A DNA stretch of 63,339 nucleotides, filler included, from Dugesia japonica (lineage: Eukaryota): NCBI GenBank assembly GCA_001938525.1. It is 6 parts of 6 records of this genome, joined end to end, with 100 filler letters (N's around TTAATTAATTAA, not from the genome) between each part and the next. Parts side by side here need not be neighbours in the genome. Positions count along the whole stretch, not along the records: positions 27,544 to 38,506 come from MQRL01643151.1; positions 38,607 to 47,949 come from MQRL01257335.1; 4 more parts are not named here. One strand, 5' to 3'. Shown in pieces: positions 27,544 to 40,090 of the stretch (position 1 is the first letter of the stretch; every line of letters starts with the position of its first letter). The position numbers and the translations under genes are program-made. Below the pieces are notes generated by a model. The model was not told where the DNA came from and ran no database searches. It was given only the letters and a program-made list of their open reading frames with translations.

Positions 27544-27879
27544 AGTGAACCGGAAGTAATGTCATTATTCTAATAAATTAAATCTGCGAAAATTTAAGAA
27601 GTGCCTAAATGAATTATTTAAACAAAATTGGATAATTTCTACTATTATAAGAATAATAATAATTGTTGCACTTGACCATTGGTTGTATTTTTTAAGTTTC
27701 ATTAAATTATATAACTTAGATCAAATATTTGTTCTTTAATAATTCTAATTTTGAACAATTATTTTCTTCAGAAATTTAGTTTTTGATTTTATCAAGATTT
27801 ATTTATTGCAATGTAAATAATTTTAGAATTTATTTTTAATTGAATGTAAATTAGTTCATTTCTTGTAATTATTATAAAT

Positions 27880-28053
27880 TACATTGATTTTAGGTTTATC
27901 TTTTTTAATTAGTATTTATTCCTATGAGCCATAGAAATGTTTTCTGTTCCTAGTGTTATCCATTTTATGTGATATTATTATAGTCAAATTTTATTTTTGT
28001 GTAGAAAAGGTTTGATGACTTCACTATCTTTCTGCTTGAAATGTTCTTTGAAA
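27880..28053 (-). pseudogene. Second Penelope GIY-YIG C-terminal fragment
   Basis: FKEHFKQKDSEVIKPFLHKNK aligns with IKEHIKQN*SEVFKHFQHKHK at 27.1 kb. Confidence 0.65.
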
Positions 28054-28200
28054 GAAAGATATTTGAAATCATTTGATGAATTTTTGAATATATGTATTCA
28101 GACCTGCAAATCTCAATGATATTTTAGGTGACTTAATTTGAAAGTTACAAAGAACATACAGATATTCAAAAATTCATCAAATGATTTCAAATGTCTTTCT
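28053..28200. repeat. Inverted repeat, 45-bp arms
   Basis: 28053-28097 vs 28156-28200, 2 mismatches. Confidence 0.85.
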
Positions 28201-28621
28201 ATTGTTCTGCTTCTAGGTTTTGATGTTATTGTTCAATTCTCTTGATCCTGATTGTTTTTCATTTTCTATTTCGAGTATCTTTGCTAGGGTAGATTCCAAA
28301 AAGCCAGCAAAAATGTGATCAACATCTTCTCTGTTGAGATCACCTATCCCGAAATTCATGCGGGACTTTGCGGTATCCAGTCTTTGTAGAAAGACTTTTG
28401 GATGTAATTTGTTGATCAGATTTTTTTCGTTACTTTCCGATTTTTTTAACAAATAGTTAGAAGAAATATTTATTATATACAGATCACGGAGAACCAAATA
28501 TCGTCTCTTCGTTAATTAAGGACTCTTGATCCGTATTATCCTTAGTGCCATACTCCCCCCAGAGAGTTTTCACATTATCGAGGACAACGGCTTCTCGATC
28601 CGCATATGATTTGATTATCTC

Positions 28622-28813
28622 TGCTATCTGGTTATATTTAAAAATCCGAGAGATCAAACATTTGTCGATTTTTCAGCAAGACAGGTGGTTCCTAATAACA
28701 TACAATTTCTTATTGAATTAGTCAATCATGCTACGGTAATCCCGCATGATTATATTTTTAGATGAACTTAGAGTGAGAACTGATAAGTTTAACGCTAATG
28801 GTATTACTGTATA
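28622..28813 (+). pseudogene. Polinton/Maverick A32/FtsK-like packaging ATPase, C-terminal remnant
   Basis: YLVIFKNPRDQTFVDFSARQVVP...HAT..PHDYIF / DELRVRTD matches the Polinton ATPase 'YIVLFKNPRD..LARQ...DAT..PYGY...LRLRT' pattern. Confidence 0.8.
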
Positions 28814-28846
28814 AAAACAAAATAGGTGATTATTAATTTTATAATA

Positions 28847-29109
28847 TGGCAAACTTTAAAAATGTTATAGTTAATCAACAGAAATTTAGTCCAAAAGCTG
28901 AACAAACCATGAAACCTGAAAGAAAAATCAAACAAAGATCAAAAACCAGACAAACTTTGAAAACCAAACAGAAGTCAAAACCTAGAAGATCAAAAATCAT
29001 TTCAAAAAAATAGTTAAAAAAACAAGTTGGATTTAATCAATTCAAAAATGTAGCAAAGCAGTATGAAAAGAAGCTTAGAAACGAAAATAGAAAATGGGAA
29101 TCATTATAA
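28847..29109 (+). pseudogene. Polinton small basic protein (K/R-rich, ends RKWESL*), one internal stop
   Basis: Hand translation from ATG 28847; lies between the ATPase and the next conserved ORF. Confidence 0.45.
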
Positions 29110-29145
29110 TCAATCTGTTGGCATGTATAGAATATTTAGATAAAA

Positions 29146-29466
29146 ATGAAATTACAACGAAGTATTCCGTTTTTTGCAGCATTAATCAAATCTCCACGAA
29201 TGACGAGAATGAAAATACTGCAGTCATTTCCAGCCTATGTTACTGATTATTTAGTAGAAATTATCATAAACATTCCTAATAGTAATATAATCATTAGCAA
29301 AGTTCAAAAGGAAAGATTGAAAAGACATAAAAGGTCTATATTATTGCTGGTAAATACAAACAATTGGATATTATGGAGAGAAGTTATGAATACACAAGAT
29401 GGAGGTTTTATGGCAGCATTACTTCCAAATGCATTAGCAGAATTAGATTTTACTCATTTTAGATAA
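29146..29466 (+). CDS. Polinton conserved small protein with Q-x-G-G-F motif (putative virion core or protease substrate)
   Basis: R.KIL...LVEII.N...N......K.RLKRHK...QDGGFMAALLP pattern typical of the ORF next to the Polinton ATPase. Confidence 0.65.
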   Translation: MKLQRSIPFFAALIKSPRMTRMKILQSFPAYVTDYLVEIIINIPNSNIIISKVQKERLKRHKRSILLLVNTNNWILWREVMNTQDGGFMAALLPNALAELDFTHFR

Positions 29467-29539
29467 ACAATAGGTGGTATACAATTTTTATTAAATTTTG
29501 ATTTAAAATTTTCATCTAATTATTATAATGGCCAAATTA

Positions 29540-30151
29540 TAGAAGATATGGACGGATCCAAAAAGCCCCGCTGGTTTTCATGGCGTAGAAATGTTGACGA
29601 AAGAAGCACAAAAACAAGGAAAAGACCAAAAAGGGTTATAAAATCAACTAGCGTACAGTCTGAACAAGCCAATGTTGAAATGATTTCCAATCGGAGCGTA
29701 TAAAACATATAATGTTGATGATTTATGGCAAATAGATTTGATGGAGGTGACTCTATAATCAAAGATGAATAAAGGATTCAAGTATATTTTGAAATGTATC
29801 GATGTATTTAGTAGATTTGCAAGAGTTGTACTTATAAAATCAAAATCTGCTTATGATAGGGAGCCTGCAATCAAGTCAATGTTCAAAGATGGACACTCAG
29901 ATAATTTAAAAACAGATCTGGGTAAAGAATTCTACAACAATAAAGTCAAAAATCTTATAAAACATCTAAACATTAACCATTATTCTGTATTCTTTCAATA
30001 TAAGGCTGCACACATAGAGAGATTCAATCGCACATTGAGAGATCCTATGATAAAATACTGTGTTCATACTGGTAATAAAACATGGATACATGTGTTACCG
30101 AAACTCATTCATAGTTATAATCATTCATCTCATAAAGGATTAAATGGATAG
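29540..30151 (+). pseudogene. Polinton retroviral-like (rve) integrase
   Basis: PAGFHG...AYSLNKP...DDLWQIDL...YILKCIDVFSRF...TDLGKEFYN...KAAHIERFNRTL; stops; truncated after HKGL. Confidence 0.92.
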
Positions 30152-30229
30152 ATGGAAAGATTAAATGGTTAGGATCCGGGTGGTTATGAAGAATTGTATG
30201 ATTTGCCCTTCCTATTCTAAATGTATTGG

Positions 30230-30522
30230 CTCATTTGGTATGCAAACGGCTAAGGATTTACTAGCTTACGATGGGAAATTACTACAAATAATGAAATCTA
30301 ATGCATTGAGTGAACTTGATAATGTTGTATCTTCCTTGCCTAGTGAAGTAACCAGTATGATACCTAAAGTAGCAAACATGTTGCTTTCAAGTATAGCAAA
30401 TACAATATCTAGTGAAATAAGTAATATGATAACAAAAGAAACACATTAAAAAACGTAAGAAATCAATCCCATCACGTATAAATAAACGAATGAGAGTACA
30501 TGGAACAATTTTCGAAAAATGA
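30230..30522 (+). pseudogene. Polinton core-protein-like ORF remnant preceding the capsid gene
   Basis: GMQTAKDLL... and a frameshifted basic tail KKRKKSIPSRINKRMRVHGTIFEK* whose stop overlaps the capsid ATG (ATGA). Confidence 0.55.
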
Positions 30523-31530
30523 TTTCTGGAAAAACTGAATTATGTATTTTTGATCGACTATCTCCTCAAATTGTTATTAAATATGGATTATTTGAAGACG
30601 TGTTTCTGATGAATTCAATATCTGAATTGAGAAATGATGTAGAATTTTTCATCAAGGGATCGCAAACTGAATATCTGGATTTGAATGATACTCTGTTAAA
30701 TGTGCAAGTGAAAGAAGTTGATAACATTGGAAAAGATTTAATTGAAGCTTCTGATGTAATACCTATGTGTTTCATTCATTATTTAATGATGTCATTCTAT
30801 CATTTAACAATTTTAAAATAGAAGGTGGAAATGGAACTTGTATTCAAAAAGATTCGATTAAAACTATATTAAATTACGATGTTGACAGTAAGAATATTTG
30901 TCTGTTTTAAATGGGATATGGGACAGAAGCAGATAGAAAAAGTTCATAAAGGCAACTAAACCATTGGCTCCATGTGGTTCCTTGCAACTGGATTTTATGG
31001 ATCAACTAAAAAATCTAATTCCTGTTCTCAATTTACATATTAGATTCAAGAGAGCAAACCCTAGATTGTGGCTGGAATCGGCAACTGATGAACCCAAATA
31101 TTAATTATTCTATGCAAAATTAATGGTTAGACATGTGAGTGTTGAACTATCTGTATTGGTTATCATCAAATAGGATTAACTAAACAAAATTATATTTATC
31201 CGATACGGATTAAGTAGCTTATTGGTTTTGCAATTGGTAAAAATAGTGCATCCTATTAGAAGGAACAAATCTTAGGAGATTGTCGTTTGCCTAAATTTCT
31301 GTTGGTAACATTTCAAAATGAAAATCAATATAAAGAGGACTATAAAAACTGTATTTCAACATTTCAAAATTTAGCAAAAAAACAGTGATTATCGTGAGAC
31401 ATATACTTAAGATTTTGAAAACGATAACTATAGCACAACTTATATGCCACCTATTGTTCGAAATATGGAATATTTGAATAAGAATATGAATTGCGGAATA
31501 ACTCTTGAGGAATTCAAAACCAGAAGTATA
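30519..31530 (+). pseudogene. Polinton/Maverick double-jelly-roll major capsid protein
   Basis: KTELCIF...VEFFIKGSQTEYLDLNDTLL.V...FHSLFNDV..SFN...KTILNY...LDFMDQ.K.LIP...RLPKFLLV; multiple frameshifts and stops. Confidence 0.85.
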
Positions 31531-34500
31531 GAAATTTCGAAATTTTAGTTAAGAAAAGGTTTAAAGGCGTATTTCAAAAATAATTAACAATAGAAGAAAT
31601 TGCAAGTGCATTTATTCTGTAAGAATTATATACTGAGAAACTACTTGAACCCTTCGTTTTTTATTCAACAATATCTGACGAACTTGACACAAATTTAGAA
31701 AAATTGGTACCGCAGTGGGACGTTCATGTCATAAAATCAACATATTAACAAGTGATTAATAAACCTTTATATTATAATCAACCTTCAAAATGGAGGGAAC
31801 ATCTTGAACACTAACAGAAACTGATATAAAAATATAGCTGATACAGAAGCAAAACTTTCCAATGAACCTTCAACTGAGCCAAGAACAAAACCTTCCAAAG
31901 AATTTGAAGATAATTTACTAAAAAAAACAGATATAAATATTTTTTTATGCAGGTAACTAGGGTTAATGCCTATTATGTACGATCATAAAACTGAGGAAAA
32001 TAAAAATAAAAAATCAATAATTTTATAAAAGACATGATTTTATTCATCAAAAAATGTAAGGCTTAACCAGGGTTGACTATACGAGTAGGTACCAAATTTC
32101 GATAAGTCCAAGTATGGATAAACCACATTCTATTTTCACTGCCGCGTTGCAGTTGGAATCAACAGGCAGATAACTTTAAACAATTTTAATCAAGTTGTAG
32201 TTGTTACTACTATTACCAATACTTGATGAGTTGACTTGTCTTTAGGTGGCTAATTAGTGCAGTTGGTAATGGTATTGGGGTGAAACCCCTGGTATGGAAA
32301 ATAAAGCTAGATAAAGCCAAAAATGAAAAGATAGTCACCAAATGGGGAAACAAAGAATCCAGGCAAAGGAAAGTCACAATTCGTTGAAGAAAAGAAATAA
32401 TCAAAAGAAAAAGCAAGGTTAGTAATTAAAACCAACGTAATAACCAGCAAAATCTAAAGTTACAGCAAGAAATAACCCAGACATAATTAAGCCAAAAGGA
32501 AGAAAAGAAGTAATAGAAGCTATCAGACAGATAAAGAAAATAATGAATAACAATTAGTTCATTAGGCAAAGCTAAGAAAACCATATTGAACTANTAATTG
32601 GAAAAAGAGAAAATAAATTAATAGAATTAATTAAATTAATTAATGAAAGAAGAAACGACAAACTTAAATTAATTTCAGATCGGAAAAGCAAAGAAAATGA
32701 ACATATAATTAATATTTAAGAAGAAAATAAAATANNNNNNNNNNNNNNNNNNNNNNNNNNNNNNNNNNNNNNNNNNNNNNNNNNAATCATGAATTAAAAT
32801 GATTTATTTTGAAGCAGAAAATAAATTATTTGTCAAAAATAAGAAAAATGAAGGTTTTCGGTTAAGTTAAAATTGACAGATAAAAAAATTATGAACACGA
32901 TAAAATCGGGGAATTCAAAAATGAAAGTTAGAAAATCGTAACAAGATCCAGAAAGAATTTATAAGGGTCTGAAGGTTGACCAATAGAACTCCAGTAATTT
33001 TGGAATTCCAAAATTCTACCCAATAAGAAGAAATCATGTGAAAAANNNNNNNNNNNNNNCCAATAAAAATGCCAAGAACAATTATTAACCAATAGAAGGA
33101 ACGAAGGTGTGAAGAGAAACCAGTATAAATACCGATGTAATTTTCACCAAAAAATCATCTTTTTTTATCAAGAAAATACTGAAGTTGAACGGAAATTTTT
33201 CAATTATCACAGAAGGTTATTATTTTTGCTATTTGATTACTGATGCAACGATTTCCGGCTCGATTCGAAAATGAAAGATTATGGAGGACTTCTTGAATCG
33301 TTAATAACTACTCAAATGGTGTCAATTCACATGCTATGGTTGCTCCGGATCGGGATTCAGGTCATGTTAGTTTTTTTGCTTATTATAATTGTTAAATTTA
33401 TGTACATGGGACAGTAAAATTTATAATATATTTTTCACTTGTTAAACTCGTTTCTTTTAATTTTTTATTGATTAATTAAACCATAAACTAGAAAAATTAT
33501 GATTAACTNCGATTAAAATAGATAATACACTAAAATAGAAACAGATAAAATAAGAGTTACTAGGAGAATAAATAGTAAGAATCAAGTATAATTTAAAAAT
33601 TAAGCGAGTATTATGAAATATGAACCGAAACCAAAGGAGTGCGAGTCAACAGCTCCATTCCGAAGATCTGAATTTTTGGGGACGCCAGATTAAATTCTTC
33701 GTGGGGTTTACTAGACCGATCACCCTAGACTTGATTATTAAAAAATCAGCCCACCTAGATAAAACCCCAACAATGGTAAGCCATAATTACTAAATCATAG
33801 TGATCTTCATGAAGGATTTACAATAGAAAAGTAGAGAAAGTAGATCCTTCATTCGTAATTCATCACGAATGCTTATGAATAATTTTATATTATCTGGTAT
33901 GATGGAATGTTGCTGTCTATCCAAATGTAGTTAATGCTAAATCCTTAGTAAACCTTATAATTATAATTGAGCATGTTAAAATTAATAACGATAGCCTAAA
34001 TCATCACTAAGTTGTTCTAGATAATAATTTATACAGGCGTATTACTGGAGAAGTAACCAAAGAGGGTGAAGAGAAACAAAGCGAATTTCATAAGCGACGG
34101 AACTCAAACTAAAGAAAAACTACGCGTTGCAAATCAAAGACATTATTCCGTAAATCTTGATCTAATTATTTGTGGGGCTCTACTATATCATATTATCCAT
34201 GACATCAATTTAAATTATTCGGTTGCGTTTAACAATACTGTCTTGGTTATAATCTCATCAATTATTATTCTAAGCCAATCAATTGAATTCCTTATATTTG
34301 TTAGAAACCAGGTAGCCAAAATAATTATAGATTTTATAAAGCAATACTGAGTAAATACCCGCCAAAAATTTGATAAAAATGCCAATTAATTAGTAATTTA
34401 AGAATTTTGAAATTATAAAATATGGAAATATTATATAAAACAATTGAATTTTTAAGAATTGATTAAAAATGAAGTCATTGCAACAGGTGTGTCTTAACTT

Positions 34501-35677
34501 TAACAAATAAATCAACAAATATTGATTAAAATTATTTTCACTGTGAAATTCTTAAAATATATTTAGAATTTATAATTGGACAATTTATTTATTTTCACAA
34601 ATTTTTATTAATAAAATTTAGAAAATAAAATATCCTAAATAGAACCATTCTAATGAATTAATTTAACCTATTTTTATTGGTTAATATTTTTTACAATTAA
34701 TTTATTAAAATAATACTAAATTTTATCAGCAAATTTTAGAAACAATATCAGGGAGACTTCAACAATCACAAAATTTATATTTATAGCATGATAAATTACA
34801 TTTCTAATCTTCGGAGAGCAAAATAAGTCACAACGATTTAACGAATTCTATAATTTTTTAAATATTGATTTCTTTGGGAAATTACAAAACCTATCACAAA
34901 TGGGACAGAGATAAATAATTACACTTTTACATATAAATCCAAAGCACTATTTGGATATTTTCCAACAATTTTTCCAATATAAAGAATTAAATATTTGTTA
35001 ACAATCAATTAAAACCAGTTACTGATGAAATTGATTTTTATTATAATCAATTTTTTAAATATATAACCAAAAATCAATAATAATAATAATNNNNNNNNNN
35101 NNNNNNNNNNNNNNNNNNNNNNNNNNNNNNNNNNNNNNNNNNNNNNNNNNNNNNNNNNNNNNNNNNNNNNNAATTAATTAATTAATTAATTAATTAATTA
35201 ATTAATTATTATTCAAAATCTAATAAATATGAAAACAAAACATCCATTCAAATGATATAATACAAACACTTGATTTCAAAAAATAAACACAAAAATCTAT
35301 AATAAGCAAATTATTAACGAAAGTGAAACAATATCACAAAACATCTAATTTTATGGCGGATCATTTTTCGTAGATAAAAAGGAGCTTTCGTTTTTCCAGT
35401 AGAACTGACTACTCTCTCAATGATCACATTTCGATACAAAATCACGACGAATCAATAAAAATAAATCGATATAATGCTAACATTACACACATACACACAT
35501 ATTTATTGCACAATAAGAATGACAGTCAATAAATTTTAATGATAATGATGAAAACAATAATGATGCATAATCGAAACCGTTGCCAATTGCGAATATTCCT
35601 TTCTGTACATTTCTGCTCAGCAACCGGAAGTAGAAATAAATGCTATTTTGAGTGTAATGTGAATATTGTGGACATTT

Positions 35678-35830
35678 TTAGACTCGATCAATCGGTCCAA
35701 ATGATTGATCCCGTGAATTTTTACTTTGTACGAAGCCAACAATTTCAGTATATGCGGTATCTTCTGCTCCATTTGGTTGAGTTTCATTCTTTTTCACTTC
35801 CGAATATTTATACAAAGGAGCTGTTGTATT
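35678..35830 (-). CDS. Probable terminal exon of a host gene (NTTAPLYKYSEV...AYTEIV...DRV*)
   Basis: CATTAG| acceptor, 50 codons plus TAA; in frame with the upstream mini-exon over a 53-nt GT-AG intron. Confidence 0.5.
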   Translation of the reverse strand, partial: NTTAPLYKYSEVKKNETQPNGAEDTAYTEIVGFVQSKNSRDQSFGPIDRV

Positions 35831-35883
35831 CTAATGAAGGAATATTATTTNNNNNAAAAAAACAACTTTTCATATAGATTTAC

Positions 35884-35923
35884 CATGGAAGGTTTCTCCA
35901 CTTCTTTAACTGGTTTAAATGTT
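35884..35923 (-). CDS. Probable 40-nt penultimate exon (TFKPVKEVEKPSM)
   Basis: TTTTGTAG| acceptor and ATG|GTAAAT donor; phase compatible with the next exon. Confidence 0.5.
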
Positions 35924-36599
35924 CTACAAAAAAATTTTATTCAAATGATCAAATATAATAGCAATAATACTATAATAAAAAATTAAGACAATAATTTATT
36001 GACACAGATAATAATGTCAACCGCACAGACTGATAAAAGTGATCCATCATTATCATCTTGTAACACAATTACTCAAATGGGATTTGATGGAATTCCCAAA
36101 AGAAAAAAAGTTTAATACGCTAATAATCGTCAGATAAAATCTAAACAAACAACTTGATATTCAATGGACAAGTAAATGAATTGTGAGACATGGTAAAGTA
36201 CATTTTGCCTGGATCACTTTTAATATATATTATTAATGATTGATTGATTCAGTTGCTTATTTTCATCTAAAACTTATCAAACAAACATTTCCATATGAAA
36301 ATTATTATTCCAAAAATAATTATTTTCATTTTGGTGATACGAATAGTAAATAATCAAAAAATTAATTTTTCTAAAAATTTTCAAGTGATTTTATCAAAAT
36401 ACAACTTTGTCAGACAGACGTTTGATAATATAAATATGTAAACAATTTTTACAACAATTGATAAAACAGCAAATTAGAATTAATATTTTTCATGAAAATG
36501 GGAAAGGGAAACATTACAGTATATCGATTATAAGAAAATTTAAAAGCCAAATTGTACTTTTCAACTTTAATATTTGATTTATAAAGGACATACAATTTA

Positions 36600-37558
36600 T
36601 TGGGTCAAGGAATAAGTAATTGCATATTTTGTTAGTGAACAGACAATTCGACACATGACAAATCGATATCAAATTATATCTTTGTTATGAAATAGTTTAA
36701 ATAATATCTTTTTATTTGCAAACATCTAATTTAATAATCAATTAGTAAATGTATAAACCTTTAATTATTCGCAAAATTAAATTGATTAAATTTTCAAATT
36801 TTAGTTTACTATTATGGATTTTACTAAAAAGCCTATCCGACATTGCATAATCTTCAAGCTTAAGGGCAACAACCACTCGTGCTGTACTTCTATCCAAAAT
36901 ACAAACCCAGTTATTTTTGGATTGCTTAATAACTGGAGATGAGAAAAAAACAACAAAGAAGAAAAGCAGTAGTTAAACCCTAACCAAACAGCGCTACCAA
37001 CTGTCAAATCTGGCCGACACCCTAAAAACGTGTTATTATCTGTTTGCTAGGACATCCATGGTATTGTGTATTGGGAACTATCGAATCAAAATCGTACCAT
37101 TAATGCCGAACTCTTTGCCCAGGAATTAGAAAAAGTGTCAAAATATCAGGCCTGTTCTAATGAATAGAAAAGGTGTGGTCATGCAACACGATAATGCGAG
37201 ACCATATACTGCTCGATTAACGTGAGAGTAGATACAGAAGCTTGGATTGGAGATTTTAACACATCCACAATATTGTCCTGACATCGCGCCACCTGACTAT
37301 TATTTATTCCGATATCTTCAAAATCATTTGAATGGACAGGAATTCCAAGATAAAGAAGCCATCAAAATAGAGATCTCGGTCTTTTTCGACTACATAAACC
37401 GGATTTCTGTAAAAACGCATTGAAGCTCTAATACATTGATGGACTCAAGTTATCCAGTCCGATGTAGAATATATTATTNATTGACATTCAAGAGTTTGGT
37501 TATATTTTCGATTTAAATATACAATTAAAAAACGCATTTTACTCATTCCTTCACCGAA
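36600..37558 (+). mobile_element. Internally deleted mariner element with both TIRs
   Basis: TA-TTGGGTCAAGGAATAAGTAA...TTACTCATTCCTTCACCGAA-TA; MDFTKKPIRHCI fused to LITGDEK...QHDNARP...HPQYCPDIAPPDYYLF. Confidence 0.9.
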
Positions 37559-38459
37559 TAATTAATTAATTAAATGTCTTAATTAAATGGTCCGTTAATA
37601 ATATTTCACGGTTCCAAATTTTTGCAAAATATGGACTGGTAAATCGAGAACCTCTGAGTACATTAATATCAGATTTTGCAATAGTTGATGCAAATCTTAA
37701 ATTGTTTTTCAACTGATTATTATTATTAGTTTCATTATCCAAAACAACTAATATTTATAAATTCTTTGTGCATTTGAAATGAATAATTTAAATGTTTAGC
37801 TAAAATGGGGAAAATTAAAAATTCGATTCAAACAATGTAATTCGTGCGTACACAAGTTGGTTGACATTTAATAATTGTTTATTCAAATCTTTATTATGTG
37901 AGTTGATATTTCCACGAGGACAAAATAAGACATCAATTTCCTATTGGCCCATCTAATTACTGGCTGCTAATTAATATCTGTAAATTAATCAATACCCATA
38001 TTTAATTTATAAAACTCTCTACATACAAATAATTTCAGTGTTCATGGTACATCACTATATTCTGCTTCCAATTCCTTCTTGACTGCACATAAATCAGCGT
38101 GGTTGTTATAAAAATTTGGTGAATTAGACCATATTTATAACAAAATCTTTGAATTAAATAAATTTACAAGCGTTTTACTGATTAATTACTTAATGAAAAA
38201 TATTTAATTTAGAACGATTTAAAAACTTTGAATCTATTTGTTTCTATGTAAGTTTTCATATTTTAAAAGATATTTGAGCAACATTTTTTCAAATAGTTAG
38301 AGACTTTTGATAAATAACTTGAATGAAAACGATTTCTTGATTTGTATTCGGATTATCAATTTTTTTTTGTGAATTGTTATTTCATATTTTTATTTTTAAG
38401 AAAAGACTTGTAATAATCAATAAACAATTTAGGGAGACTTGTGAGACTTTAAATTTAAC

Positions 38460-38506
<47 letters not shown>

Positions 38507-38606
38507 NNNNNNNNNNNNNNNNNNNNNNNNNNNNNNNNNNNNNNNNNNNNTTAATTAATTAANNNNNNNNNNNNNNNNNNNNNNNNNNNNNNNNNNNNNN
38601 NNNNNN
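38507..38606. other. Artificial 100-bp contig spacer
   Basis: 44 N + TTAATTAATTAA (38551-38562) + 44 N. Confidence 0.95.
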
Positions 38607-38939
38607 ATAATCTGAGAAATTTTTCAATAAAATAATAAATAATAAATATTTTACTTTACATAAAAATTTATAAAATATTTAAAATATTAACTTCTATTAA
38701 ATAAATTTTATGAAATATAAAAATTTCATAAATATTTTACCTAATACTTTCATTAAATAAATTTTATAAAATATAAAAATTTCATAAATATTTTACCTTA
38801 TAATTTCAATAAATAAATTTTATGAAATATTTCATTTTACTTATGTTTTAAAAATAAATTTTAATATTATATATTTACATATATAAAAATTAAAGAAAGA
38901 TTTCTCAGATATTTAAATCTACGAATAATTCTTACAGAT

Positions 38940-40090
38940 ATTATTGCTTGATATGNACAGTCTTGATGTTTTGCATGGTGTGGATAGTCTCTATATTTTG
39001 CATAGGANAGAACAGACTTGATATTTTGCAGTAAATGGGTCAGTCTTGATATTTTTGTAAGATATTGGACAGTATTGATTGAAGCATTATTGCTTATTTC
39101 TTTATATTTTTGCTTTAGATGGGGCAGTTTTGATATTTTGCAACTGATGAGACAGTCTAAACTTTATAAACATGTAAATTTTATTGCATGTGTTTTGCAT
39201 ATGAGTTGCATCTGAGTTGCATACCTATAGCATTTATTAAAATTTATTTTTAAAAAATCAATAAAAATTCAAAATTGCAGCTTTTGGTGGGAAATTTATT
39301 TAAAATTCTCAGACGCATGATTTTCATTGTATGTGTGTTGGATATGACTTGCATATTAGTTGCGTACTTATTGCATTTATTTAAAAAATTCAAAATGGCG
39401 GCTATATCGAGTTTTAAAATTTCTTTTTGGCAAAAAATTTTAAAAATCAATAAAAAAATCAATNNAAAAAATCAATGAAAAATCAATCAAAATTCCAGAA
39501 CATGTGATTTTCATTGTATGTGTTGCATATGACTTGTATCTTAGTTGCATACCTATTGTATTTATTTAAAAAATCAATAAGAATTCGCAGACATGTATTT
39601 CTGTATTGGTTCGTCTTAATATTATTTCAAGATAGTGGACAGTCTTGATATTGTTTACATTATTGCAAGATATCGGACAATTTTTATATGTTCCGTCAGT
39701 ATAACTATCAAACAAAACTTCACAGAGGGGAGTCTTTGTGATATTTTCATGATAAAATATATCCATTAAAAACTTCAAAAAGGGGAGTCTTTGCGATATT
39801 TACATAATAAAATATTGAAAGAAAATTTTTTCTTTACAAGATGATAAAAAACAGAACGATTTTTCAAAAAAAACATATTAGTTAGGTAATTTTCTATAAA
39901 AAACATATTACTAGTGACAATTTTCTATAAAAACATATCACTAGTAACAATTCCTTATAATAAACATATTACTAGTGACAATTTTCTATAAAAAACATAT
40001 TATTAGTGGCAATTCTTCTATAAAAAATCTCATTAGTGATGCAAGTTTTAATAAACACATTAGTCATGCAATTTTTTCTATAATAAACAA
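38940..40090. repeat. Degenerate tandem arrays upstream of pPolB (GGACAGTCTTGATATTTTGCA ~28 bp; AAAACATATTACTAGTGACAATTTTCTATA ~30 bp)
   Basis: Recurring units; possibly the subterminal region of the Polinton. Confidence 0.65.

Noticed and set aside
35172-35206. (AATT)n as another assembly spacer
   Set aside because: Longer than 12 nt and not flanked by the 44+44 N pattern; a natural microsatellite.
36014-36115. Short plus-strand ORF ending PKRKKV (NLS-like)
   Set aside because: Only 33 codons, no supporting signals, and antisense to the better-supported exons.
37590-38140. Further upstream exons of the 35.7-kb gene
   Set aside because: Short open frames exist, but no consistent donor/acceptor and phase chain could be built.
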